In this document: in pieces, positions 8,338 through 17,051 of the stretch
How positions within the stretch are numbered: the stretch's first letter is position 1
How the letters are laid out: each line of letters begins with the position of its first letter
NCBI GenBank assembly: GCA_013139935.1
Contig: WSZX01000292.1
Location: 1-27,099 of the forward strand
Direction of reading: 5' to 3'
Source: Ardenticatenales bacterium
GTDB taxonomy: Bacteria; Chloroflexota; Anaerolineae; Promineifilales; UBA4811
DNA length: 27,099 nt
Notes under the pieces: model-generated
What the model saw: only the letters and a program-made list of their open reading frames with translations
What the model was told of the DNA's origin: nothing
Database searches by the model: none
Translations under genes and position numbers: made by a program

Positions 8338-9044
8338 TGCGAGGATTCAGCGGGTTTCCCGCCGGTAGACTGAAAACCATAGCGCTGCCGGCCCTCTTTT
8401 TCAGCGAGTTGCTGCCGGTGATTGACAACCTGGCAGAACTGCGAGTGACGCTTTTCGTGTTCTGGGCCTTGCACCAGAAGGAAGGACGAATTCGCTATCT
8501 GCGGCTTGAGGATTTCTTGGTTGACGACCTCCTCATGGAGAGTCTGGCAAAACAGCGCCGTACGGCTGAAGCATTGGTCAACGATGCGTTGGAACGCGCT
8601 GTGGCGCGTGGGACTCTGCTGCAGATCAGGGTGGAAGGCACGGCCGATGCTCAAGACCTCTATTTCTTGAACACCGAGCGGGGCCGAGCGGCCGTGGACG
8701 GAATCACGCGCGGAGAATGGCGTCCAACGGGCGACCCAACCGAACCGATAAGCCTGATGGCTGAACGACCCAACGTGTTTGTTCTCTATGAACAGAACAT
8801 CGGTCCTCTGACTCCCATGATTGCCGAGGAACTGAGGGATGCCGAGGAGAGCTATCCGATTGCGTGGATAGAGGAAGCCATCAAAGTGGCAGTGAACAAC
8901 AACGCGCGCAAGTGGGCCTATATCTCGCGTGTGCTAGAGCGTTGGAAAGCAGAAGGAAAACATGATGCGACCAGTGGAGGAGATACTGCCAGGGATCGCC
9001 GCCGATACATTGAAGGCGAGTATGGAGACATCATCCAGCATTGA
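8337..9044 (+). CDS. DnaD-domain (DnaB_2) primosome protein
   Basis: C-terminal NVFVLYEQNIGPLTPMIAEEL...WIEEAIKVAVNNNARKWAYISRVLERWKAEG is the DnaD domain signature. ATG overlaps the dnaB stop (TGATG); GTG 8334 is an alternative start. Confidence 0.88.
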   Translation: MRGFSGFPAGRLKTIALPALFFSELLPVIDNLAELRVTLFVFWALHQKEGRIRYLRLEDFLVDDLLMESLAKQRRTAEALVNDALERAVARGTLLQIRVEGTADAQDLYFLNTERGRAAVDGITRGEWRPTGDPTEPISLMAERPNVFVLYEQNIGPLTPMIAEELRDAEESYPIAWIEEAIKVAVNNNARKWAYISRVLERWKAEGKHDATSGGDTARDRRRYIEGEYGDIIQH

Positions 9045-10389
9045 GAGCGAGTGGCGGACGGCAGTGGCAGCGGAGAAGGCAGAGGCTGAAAAGCCCCCCT
9101 GCCCCGTTTGCAGCGGCATGGGTTTTGTTGTCCCTGATGTGCCGTTGGGCCACCCAGAGTACGGCCGGGCAACCCCCTGCGAGTGCAGGAGGAGAGATAT
9201 CAAGGTGCGGCAGATGGCGGGCTTGCGGGCCGCCAGCCAATTGGAGCTTTTGGAGGATCAGACCCTGGAGAGCTTTATTCCGGAGGGGATCGGTCTGACC
9301 GAGGCCAAACGGCGCAACCTGCGGATGGCATACGAACGGTGCGTGGAGTTTGCGATGGATCCGTCAGGATGGATTCTACTGCGCGGTGGCTATGGCTGTG
9401 GGAAGACCCATCTCGCGGTCGCCATTGCGAATAACCGGATCGCCCAAAACCGGCCGGCGATATTCACTACCGTGCCCGACCTGCTCGACTTTCTGCGGTC
9501 CTCATTTGCCCCGAACTCGCAGGTTGGTTTTGACGAGCGTTTCGAACAGATTAGGTCGGCCCCCCTTTTGATTCTGGACGACTTTGGCACTGAGAGCGGC
9601 ACCCCCTGGGCGCGGGAAAAGCTCTTTCAGATATTAAATCATCGCTACAATGGCCGGTTGCCCACCGTCATCACCACCAATTATGAACTGGAAGAGATTG
9701 AACTGCGAATGCGCTCCCGACTGGTGGACCCAGGCCTGGTGCACATTGTCACGATCCTGGCACCGGATTTTCGGCGCGCCGGGGTGGATCAGGAGCAATC
9801 AGAGCTTTCCAGCCTGAACCTGCATTTCGACCAGACCTTTGCTTCTTTTGACTTGCGCCAGGGCGCATTGCCCCGGGCAGACCAAGAGAACCTGCAACGA
9901 GCCTATGAGATAGCCAGCAGCTACGCGCAGGGTCCCGAGGACTGGTTGGCGTTCACCGGCCCTCATGGTTGCGGGAAGACGCACCTGGCGGCCGCCATCG
10001 CCAATCACTGGAGGCAGCAGGGATACCCGGTGCTGTTCGTAGGTGTGCCTGATCTGCTGGACGATCTGCGCGCTACCTTTAGCCCCGACAGCACTACCAG
10101 CTATAGTAAGCGATTCAAGGAAATCCGCGCCGCGCGCTATCTGATACTGGATGATCTGGGCATGGAGAGCGCCACCAACTGGGCTCGGGAAAAGCTGTAT
10201 CAGATATTTGACTACCGCTACAATGCGCGCCTGCCCACCGTCATAACCACAGCGACTCCCTTTGAAGAGCTGGACAGCCGTCTGGCGAGTCGTGTTCTGG
10301 ATCCCACCCATTGTACGCCCTTTGCCATCATGGCCCCCTGGTATCGAGGGGGAAAAACGCGGGGCGCTCGAAAGCGATCTGCTCGCTAG
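9022..10389 (+). CDS. DnaC/DnaI/IstB-like helicase-loader ATPase with two tandem AAA+ domains
   Basis: N-terminal Cys cluster CPVC...CEC; domain 1 GGYGCGKT (9385-9408) and LILDDFGTE; domain 2 GPHGCGKT (9958-9981) and LILDDLGME; both contain WAREKL.QI..RY...LPTVITT. The start at ATG 9022 is inferred. Confidence 0.88.
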   Translation: METSSSIESEWRTAVAAEKAEAEKPPCPVCSGMGFVVPDVPLGHPEYGRATPCECRRRDIKVRQMAGLRAASQLELLEDQTLESFIPEGIGLTEAKRRNLRMAYERCVEFAMDPSGWILLRGGYGCGKTHLAVAIANNRIAQNRPAIFTTVPDLLDFLRSSFAPNSQVGFDERFEQIRSAPLLILDDFGTESGTPWAREKLFQILNHRYNGRLPTVITTNYELEEIELRMRSRLVDPGLVHIVTILAPDFRRAGVDQEQSELSSLNLHFDQTFASFDLRQGALPRADQENLQRAYEIASSYAQGPEDWLAFTGPHGCGKTHLAAAIANHWRQQGYPVLFVGVPDLLDDLRATFSPDSTTSYSKRFKEIRAARYLILDDLGMESATNWAREKLYQIFDYRYNARLPTVITTATPFEELDSRLASRVLDPTHCTPFAIMAPWYRGGKTRGARKRSAR

Positions 10390-10401
10390 GAGTTCATATC
10401 A

Positions 10402-11955
10402 ATGCCTGGAACCGGCAGCAGCCCTACTGAGAAACTGCAGCTTCTCTACAAGATCAGCCTGCAGCTCAGCAGCACCCTCAACCTGGATGATGTCCTGGGC
10501 AAAGTGCTCTCGCTGACTGTGAGCACGTTGGGCGCCAGCAAGGGAAGCATCTTTGTGCTCGGCAGCGACGGCCGAGTGGTGCGCAGACTATTGGCTCGCG
10601 GCGATTTGCCACTGGAGGATTCGCGGCAGGTGGTTGCGAGGGTCATGGAGGTCGGCCTGGCTGGCTGGGTGTACAGGCACCGAACGCCGGCTATCATCTC
10701 CGACACGCGTGACGACAAGCGTTGGGTAACGTTCTCAGATGACACCACGACTCCCCGCTCGGCGCTGGCTGTTCCGCTTGTGCGGGGCGAAATCATCAAT
10801 GGATTGCTGACTCTGGTTCATCCTCAACCAGGTTTCTTTTCCAACTATGATGTGGAGCTGGCTGTCGCCATTGCCGGCCTGGCAGCAGTAGCGGTGGAAC
10901 ATGCGCTTCTCTTTGCCCAGGTCAACGCAGAACGCCGGACCCTGGCGGCCGTTTTGCAGAGCGTGCGCGCTGCCATCGTGGTGACCAACGCGGAACAGCG
11001 GATACTGCTCCTCAACCCATCGGCGGCGGCGATCCTTGAGACTGACCCACAAGAAGCGATTGGCAAGCCGCTGGAGGCGATCATAGCCAACCCCAGCCTG
11101 CTCCAGCTATACGAGCAGAGTTCGCCCGACATGATAGCACCTATCACGGGAGAAGTGCACACCGCGGACAACTCGTCTTTCAATGCCACCCTCTCACCGG
11201 TGCCTGGGGTGGGGTATGCCACTGTATTGCACGACATCACCTTTCTGAAACGGCTGAATGACCTCAAGACAGAATCTCTGACGGCCGTCTCGCACGATCT
11301 GCGAGGGCCGCTAGGGATCATCCTTGGTTCAGCGCAGATGATGGTCCAGCATGCTCAAGAGCAGAGCGAGTTCATCGAGCTGATCACCAGCGCAGTGGAC
11401 AGAATGCGCACCCTGGTGGAGCGCCAGTTGGACCTCTCGCGAATCGAGGCCGGCCAGCATCTAGAGTGGGAAACGGCCCCCATCCAGGAGGCGTTGGATG
11501 ATGTGTTGATCGAGGCACGCGCCCAGGCGCAGCTCAAGCAGGTCCAGTTTTCTGCACACTGTTCTCCCGATCTGCCCCCAATCCGCATGGACCGCATGCG
11601 CCTGGGGCAGGCGGTGGCAAACCTGCTGGACAATGCGATCAAGTACACTCCGGCCGGGGGCCGGGTAATGCTCTCCGCCGGCAAGGACCCCGATCAAGAG
11701 GCCATCGTCATCCGGGTAACAGATACTGGGCCGGGCATCCCGCCGGAGGCCCTGCCCAAGCTGTTCAGCAGGTATTCGCAGGTCGACTCGGTGCAGACTG
11801 TGGAGCAGCAAGGCGTGGGGCTGGGGTTGGCCATTGTGCGGTCGGTGGCGAAAGCACATGGCGGCCGGGCTTGGGCAGAAAGCGAACTGGGGCAGGGAAC
11901 CACCTTTGCCATCGCCATTCCATACAATAGCGCGCCTGCTGATGGCAGCAGTTAG
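10402..11955 (+). CDS. Cytoplasmic sensor histidine kinase (GAF-PAS-HisKA-HATPase_c)
   Basis: GAF region (GLAGWVYRHRTPAIISDTRDDKRW, SALAVPL), PAS (IVVTNAEQRILLLNPSAAAIL), H-box SHDLRGPL, N-box NLLDNAIKYT, G1 DTGPGI and G2 GVGLGLAI; SD AGGAG at 10388-10392. Confidence 0.93.
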   Translation: MPGTGSSPTEKLQLLYKISLQLSSTLNLDDVLGKVLSLTVSTLGASKGSIFVLGSDGRVVRRLLARGDLPLEDSRQVVARVMEVGLAGWVYRHRTPAIISDTRDDKRWVTFSDDTTTPRSALAVPLVRGEIINGLLTLVHPQPGFFSNYDVELAVAIAGLAAVAVEHALLFAQVNAERRTLAAVLQSVRAAIVVTNAEQRILLLNPSAAAILETDPQEAIGKPLEAIIANPSLLQLYEQSSPDMIAPITGEVHTADNSSFNATLSPVPGVGYATVLHDITFLKRLNDLKTESLTAVSHDLRGPLGIILGSAQMMVQHAQEQSEFIELITSAVDRMRTLVERQLDLSRIEAGQHLEWETAPIQEALDDVLIEARAQAQLKQVQFSAHCSPDLPPIRMDRMRLGQAVANLLDNAIKYTPAGGRVMLSAGKDPDQEAIVIRVTDTGPGIPPEALPKLFSRYSQVDSVQTVEQQGVGLGLAIVRSVAKAHGGRAWAESELGQGTTFAIAIPYNSAPADGSS

Positions 11956-13501
11956 ACGCTGCCTTTCGCCTGATCTGCTTCCCCTCATGCTCCTGGCCCT
12001 GCTACTGGTGGGCTGCCAGGCAACACCAGAGCCAGCGTCCGCACCATCCGGGGGCGGAGCCATAGAGATGTTCCCCACCCGCTCCCCGACTCGAGCGGCA
12101 CAGCAGGTCGAGACCGCGCTTTCGCCAACCCCGCAGCCGATTCCGACCCGGCCCGTTGTCAGCCCGACACCGGACCCGACACGCCCGGCCCAGGCAGAGC
12201 CGTACCGGGAGAGCCATCTGGTTCAATACGGGGAGAGCCTGGGTGCCATTGCCGAATCCTACAACACTACGATTGAAGAATTGATGGCTCTCAACGACCT
12301 GGCGTCCCCTGACAACCTCCAGGCAGGGCAGACTCTGCTTGTCCCGGCCGGTGAGCTTCCGGTCGGGCCGGCCGAGAAGATCATTCCGGACAGCGAGCTG
12401 GTCTACGGACCGGCGTTTTCCCATTTCGATGTGACGGCTGTGGTCAATAACTGGGGGGGCTATTTGGCCGGTTATATGGAGAACGTCGAAGGAGCCGAAC
12501 GCACCGGCCCAGAGATTGTCCAACTGGTCGCCCAGCGTTTCAGTGTGGGCCCTCGCCTGCTGCTGGCTCTGCTGGAGCATGAGTCCGGCTGGGTCACTGA
12601 AACGAGCCCTTTGGAGGAGACTCTGCTCTATCCCATGGGCAAAGTGGAACAGGATTGGGATGGGCTATTCATCCAATTGAGCTGGACCGCCAATCAACTC
12701 AATCGTGGTTACTATGGCTGGGAGTCGGGTTGGCTTCAAAGGGTCAGCCTGGTTGACGGGACATTGGTGCAACTGGCTCCGGGGCTCAATGCCGGTACGG
12801 TGGCAGTGCAGGCGTTTCTGGCTATGCCCAACTCCTTCCCTGTCTGGCAGGCTCAAGTGGCGCGGGACGGAAGCCTGATGGCTATCTACAGGGCATTCTT
12901 TGGCGATCCGTTCCAGTATGCGATTGAACCGCTCATTCCTCCCGACCTGGTCCAGCCGGTGATGGCGCTACCCTGGGAGGAGGGGGAGACGTGGCATTTT
13001 ACCGGTGCGCCGCATGGCGGTTGGGGGAGCAACAGCGGCTGGGCCGCCCTCGATTTTGCCCCAGGCGGCGAGCAGCTGGGCTGCAACCCGTCGCCCGACT
13101 GGGTCAGGGCGATCTGTGCCGGCCGGGTGGTTCGCAGCGAGAACGGCGAGGTGGTGGTCGATCTTGACGACGATGGCTATGAGGGCACCGGGTGGAGTGT
13201 TCTCTATATGCACATTGAAGGCGACGGGCGCGTCCCGGCCGGCGCCTGGGTGGAAGCCGGCGAAAAGATCGGGCATCCCTCGTGTGAAGGAGGTTTTAGC
13301 AACGGCACTCACCTTCACCTGGCGCGGCGCTACAATGGCCGGTGGATCGAGGCGGATGGCCCGGTTCCATTCGTGATGGACGGGTGGATACCCCAAAGCT
13401 ATGGGTCTGCCTACGACGGCATCCTGACAAAAGGAGAAGAGATCCGCGAAGCGTGCGAGTGCCATGATCTCGAGTTCAACGGGATCCGTGCCGGGCAGTA
13501 A
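11942..13501 (+). CDS. Lipoprotein with LysM and M23-like peptidase domains (putative peptidoglycan hydrolase)
   Basis: Lipobox LLVGC, Pro/Thr linker, LysM (HLVQYGESLGAIAESYNTTIEELMALNDL...LQAGQTLLVP) and M23-like motifs (ALDFAP, LYMHI, GEKIGHPSC, GTHLHLARR). The start at ATG 11942 is inferred and overlaps the kinase stop. Confidence 0.85.
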   Translation: MAAVRRCLSPDLLPLMLLALLLVGCQATPEPASAPSGGGAIEMFPTRSPTRAAQQVETALSPTPQPIPTRPVVSPTPDPTRPAQAEPYRESHLVQYGESLGAIAESYNTTIEELMALNDLASPDNLQAGQTLLVPAGELPVGPAEKIIPDSELVYGPAFSHFDVTAVVNNWGGYLAGYMENVEGAERTGPEIVQLVAQRFSVGPRLLLALLEHESGWVTETSPLEETLLYPMGKVEQDWDGLFIQLSWTANQLNRGYYGWESGWLQRVSLVDGTLVQLAPGLNAGTVAVQAFLAMPNSFPVWQAQVARDGSLMAIYRAFFGDPFQYAIEPLIPPDLVQPVMALPWEEGETWHFTGAPHGGWGSNSGWAALDFAPGGEQLGCNPSPDWVRAICAGRVVRSENGEVVVDLDDDGYEGTGWSVLYMHIEGDGRVPAGAWVEAGEKIGHPSCEGGFSNGTHLHLARRYNGRWIEADGPVPFVMDGWIPQSYGSAYDGILTKGEEIREACECHDLEFNGIRAGQ

Positions 13502-13540
13502 CGCAACGGCACTCTTTTCCACCAACAGCAGATCACCGCG

Positions 13541-14263
13541 ATGCTTACACTTGACCGGCAGAACGCCTACCGAGACCGGTTGCGGCTGCTTCAGCCGGGC
13601 TGGCGCCCAGCAACCGAGGTGTACGAAGCAACGATTCGTCGGTATCTTGAGCCGGGCATGCGGCTGCTGGACGCCGGGTGCGGTCGGGGGGGAGTAGTGG
13701 AACAACTGGCGGAGCACGAATTCCGGATAGTGGGCATTGATCCTGACACGGGCTCGCTGAGAGAACATCGGCTGCCGACCCAGGCCATGCCGCGCGCAGC
13801 CGGTTCTGTCGACCGGCTCTCGTTTGCATCCTCTGCTTTTGATCTCGTGATTGCCGGCTGGGTGCTGGAACATCTCTCCCGGCCGGCGGCCGCCTTTGCC
13901 GAGGTGGCACGCGTGCTGCGCCCAGGAGGGCATCTGATTGCGATCACTCCCAATGGTTGGCATCCTATGACATGGCTCAACCGGGTGTTGGGCTGGGCCA
14001 TGCCGTTGCAGGGGTGGCTGGTTCCTCGCCTGTACGGCCGGGCGCAGGAGGACGCGTTTCCCGTCCGTTACCGAGCCAACAGTGTCCCGCGGCTCTGCCA
14101 ACTGGGTGCGGCGGTGGGCCTGACCCCCGTCATCATCCAGACCGTCGGTGATCCTACCTACCTGGCGTTTGGCGATGCTCTTTTCACGCTGGGTCAGAAA
14201 TTGGAGAAACTGCTTCCGGCGGGGGCACGGGTTCACATCGTGGCTGATTTCGTTCGCCAGTAG
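13541..14263 (+). CDS. Class I SAM-dependent methyltransferase
   Basis: LLDAGCGRG motif I, VGID, FDLVIAGWVLEHL and RVLRPGGHL. Confidence 0.88.
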   Translation: MLTLDRQNAYRDRLRLLQPGWRPATEVYEATIRRYLEPGMRLLDAGCGRGGVVEQLAEHEFRIVGIDPDTGSLREHRLPTQAMPRAAGSVDRLSFASSAFDLVIAGWVLEHLSRPAAAFAEVARVLRPGGHLIAITPNGWHPMTWLNRVLGWAMPLQGWLVPRLYGRAQEDAFPVRYRANSVPRLCQLGAAVGLTPVIIQTVGDPTYLAFGDALFTLGQKLEKLLPAGARVHIVADFVRQ

Positions 14264-14485
14264 CGCCTGGCGACGGATCTTGTGCCACTGCCGTTCCGCG
14301 CTGCGCAAGGGGACTGTTCCCCCGCGGCGGGTCCGTTTTTCTTGACCCTCAAGTGCGAGGAGGTCGAAGAAGGCGCTGTCTAATTGAACCGAGCGCGGCG
14401 CGTGTGGAGGTTCATGGGTACGTCAGTCCCTAACCGCCATGCGGCGCACTGATGATCTAGAAGCTGCAGTGCGATGAGCGGTAGA

Positions 14486-15076
14486 TCAGCGCTTCTGTAG
14501 CGAGAGGAACTCGGACGCAGCTACCCCAGCCAGAATCCCGGCCGGCACGCCGGCAATCATTTCTCCTTGCCGCCATGTGTTGACCCGGCCCAACACTTCC
14601 ACCGTGATCATCTTGCCGCCAATGAAATCGCCAAGCATCCACACCATGGCACCCAGAAACCCTCCGGCGACCACCGAAATCAGCAGGGCGACCAGGCCTA
14701 TCATTCCCCTTTTGAACACGAGTGCCCCTGCCCCCAACCAGGTTGCCAAAACAGAGCCAACCAGCGCGCCGTTGAGCATAGTCGGAAGTGAAAAACGCGC
14801 TCCGAGGCCAGCGGACCCGGTCGTTTGTCCCGCAAACGCGCCCAGCCCCGTGAGCAGGAGCGCCCCAACAATAGCTCCTCCGATCGCCCAGAAGATCAGT
14901 TCGTCGACATAGTCAAACAGGAGGATAAGCATCAATATGGCAGGTGCGGAAATCATCCCACCCAATATTCCGCCGCTCACATCCGCAAAGCCAAGCCTTC
15001 GCGCGATGATCCCCACCGCTGATCCTAGGACTGCACCCAGGATTACCCACAAAATGACTCTGCCCACATTCCTCAT
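14486..15076 (-). CDS. Gly-rich multi-pass membrane protein of unknown function (196 aa)
   Basis: About six hydrophobic segments with GxxxG-type repeats. SD CAGGAGGG precedes ATG 15076 (MRNVGRVILW), so the start is trimmed from the ORF-track value 15232. Confidence 0.75.
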   Translation of the reverse strand: MRNVGRVILWVILGAVLGSAVGIIARRLGFADVSGGILGGMISAPAILMLILLFDYVDELIFWAIGGAIVGALLLTGLGAFAGQTTGSAGLGARFSLPTMLNGALVGSVLATWLGAGALVFKRGMIGLVALLISVVAGGFLGAMVWMLGDFIGGKMITVEVLGRVNTWRQGEMIAGVPAGILAGVAASEFLSLQKR

Positions 15077-15181
15077 TCTGTTCCCTCCTGGATTCTCAAC
15101 TGGTGGCCAGCACGCCCTTGGAGTGTCGAAGAACAGGCAAGGTGACATTTTCTCTGTTATTGGGTCCGTTCCTGGGACAGT

Positions 15182-15211
15182 ATTATAGTCCAAACGCGCC
15201 GGTTTGTGCAA
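15182..15211 (-). promoter_or_regulatory. Sigma70-type promoter TTGCAC-N18-TATAAT for the membrane protein gene
   Basis: On the minus strand, TTGCAC is at 15211-15206 and TATAAT at 15187-15182. Confidence 0.55.
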
Positions 15212-15610
15212 CACGGTTCGCCTGATCACCACCAGGCCTTCTTGTCGGTAAATGAGATTCCGGCGTGCCCGCGAAGCCTGTCACCGGTAGGGGTGGAAAT
15301 CGGGCCGGCCGCCAGGGCAGAGAGATTGGAGGGGCGGAATCCCACCGCTGCCGGTTTTTCATGCTATCCTTATTGGTCTGATACTCCGCAGCTTGCTGCG
15401 GGGAAGCTGATCAGCAGGGCGGAACGGCCGAGGGAGCACCTTTCTTGCGACACTCTCCCATCGTTTCCTTGATGACACTTGTCCTGGCGGCAAGTGCGCT
15501 TTGTCACTGACTGCTGTCCAGCAGGTGAATCATACTTGCAGCGCGACCTTCCGGTGGGACCATGATCTCGCCTGAGAAGGCCTGATGGTGGTATACGAAC
15601 ACGAGACACG

Positions 15611-15865
15611 ATGGAACCGGTTTCGGACCCGACAGATCAGGCCGCGAGCAAACCCAAACCAGCCCTTCCTCGAGGGAGGGTGGTCATTTTCCGCAAATGG
15701 TGCAAAGAGTGTGGCCTGTGTATTGCCTTTTGTCCGCGCGGAGTCCTGGGTTCGGCTGAGGATGGAAGCACCATTGTTGTTAACCCCGATGAATGCACGG
15801 CCTGTCTCTGGTGCGAGCTCCATTGCCCGGACTTTGCCATCACAGTGAAGCACATCAACGAATGA
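15611..15865 (+). CDS. korD: 2x[4Fe-4S] ferredoxin, delta subunit of 2-oxoacid:ferredoxin oxidoreductase
   Basis: CKECGLCIAFCP and CTACLWCELHCPDFAI; first gene of the oxidoreductase cluster. Confidence 0.88.
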   Translation: MEPVSDPTDQAASKPKPALPRGRVVIFRKWCKECGLCIAFCPRGVLGSAEDGSTIVVNPDECTACLWCELHCPDFAITVKHINE

Positions 15866-15883
15866 ACGAATGAACGAATTAAC
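15857..15883 (+). repeat. Short tandem repeat (AACGAATG, about 3.4 copies) at the korD stop
   Basis: AACGAATG AACGAATG AACGAATT AAC read directly from the sequence. Confidence 0.8.
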
Positions 15884-15925
15884 TAGTGGCTGTCGCTCGG
15901 TCGGTTGGTTTGTACGGAGTGCTGC

Positions 15926-17050
15926 ATGACCATGCCTCGAATGATGCAGGGGAATGAAGCTTGCGCGGCCGGCGCGATCGCGGCCGGGTGTCTGTTTTTT
16001 GGCGGTTATCCCATCACCCCCTCGACGGATATCGCAGAACACCTGGCGCGCGAGCTTCCCCGTGTAGGAGGTGTGTTCATCCAGATGGAAGACGAGATTG
16101 CGAGCATGGCCGCCGTCATTGGGGCATCGATTGGCGGAGCCAAGGCGATGACTGCCACAAGCGGCCCTGGATTCAGCCTGATGCAGGAGAACATCGGCTA
16201 TGCCGCAATGACCGAAGTGCCATGTGTGGTGGTGAACGTGATGCGACTGGGCCCGAGTACCGGGCGGCCGACGAGCCCTTCGCAGGGGGATGTGATGCAG
16301 GCTCGTTGGGGTTCCCATGGTGACCATCCCATCATTGCCCTTGCCCCCGCCTCGGTACTAGAGTGCTTTGAGATGACCGTGCGTGCCTTTAATCTCTCGG
16401 AGCGGTATCGCATTCCGGTGATTGTGCTGATCGATGAGGTGGTGGGGCACATGCGGGAGAAGGTGATCTTGCCCCCACGGGAGGATATCAAGGTGCTCGA
16501 GCGGCTGAGGCCGAGCGAACCGCCTGAATGGTACAAGCCGTACGGCAGTTCGCCGAGCGATGTGCCGCCATTGGCCCCATTTGGCTCCGGTTACCGCTAT
16601 CACATCACGGGTCTGCACCACGACGAGGCTGGGTTTCCGACGAATCGGGTGAATGAAGTCCGACCATGGACCCGCCGTATCTTTCGCAAGATCAAGGCGA
16701 ATGTACACCGCATAGCACGGTGTGAAACAGACGGCGTCGAAGACGCACGAACCGTGATTGTTGCCTATGGATCAGTTGCTCGCGCTGCCAGCGAAGCGAT
16801 CAAGACGGCCCGGGCCAAGCGGCGGAAAGTAGGACTGTTACGATTGCAGACCCTGTGGCCCTTTCCTACTCGCACGGTGGACGCCGTCTGCCGCGAGGCC
16901 AGGCGGGTCATTGTGCCGGAAATGAACCTGGGCCAGATGGCGATTGAGGTGGAGCGGATTGTTGGCGATCGGAAGGTGCGCCGCGTGAACCGGATCGACG
17001 GAGAGATGATCACCCCGCGGGAGATCCTGGACGCAATAGAGGGCAAGTAA
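15926..17050 (+). CDS. korA: 2-oxoacid:ferredoxin oxidoreductase alpha subunit
   Basis: QGNEA, GYPITPS, QMEDE, TATSGPGFSLMQE, GPSTGRPT, TGLHHDE and VPEMNLGQ. The 2-oxoacid substrate cannot be fixed from motifs. Confidence 0.92.
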   Translation: MTMPRMMQGNEACAAGAIAAGCLFFGGYPITPSTDIAEHLARELPRVGGVFIQMEDEIASMAAVIGASIGGAKAMTATSGPGFSLMQENIGYAAMTEVPCVVVNVMRLGPSTGRPTSPSQGDVMQARWGSHGDHPIIALAPASVLECFEMTVRAFNLSERYRIPVIVLIDEVVGHMREKVILPPREDIKVLERLRPSEPPEWYKPYGSSPSDVPPLAPFGSGYRYHITGLHHDEAGFPTNRVNEVRPWTRRIFRKIKANVHRIARCETDGVEDARTVIVAYGSVARAASEAIKTARAKRRKVGLLRLQTLWPFPTRTVDAVCREARRVIVPEMNLGQMAIEVERIVGDRKVRRVNRIDGEMITPREILDAIEGK

Positions 17051-17051
17051 G

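Noticed and set aside
9799-10311. Interpretation of the loader ATPase region as IS21 istB (mobile element)
   Set aside because: No istA transposase or IS21 ends are nearby, and the context (dnaB, DnaD) indicates a housekeeping helicase loader; the antisense ORF here is a shadow.
12968-14308. 446-aa minus-strand ORF
   Set aside because: Shadow of the LysM/M23 and methyltransferase genes; no SD or motifs, and its upstream in-frame extension has no start codon.
14311-14343. Possible intrinsic terminator after the methyltransferase (CCCG-CGG-CGGG...TTTTTCTT)
   Set aside because: The stem is only about 4 bp and separated from the T-run; too weak to call.
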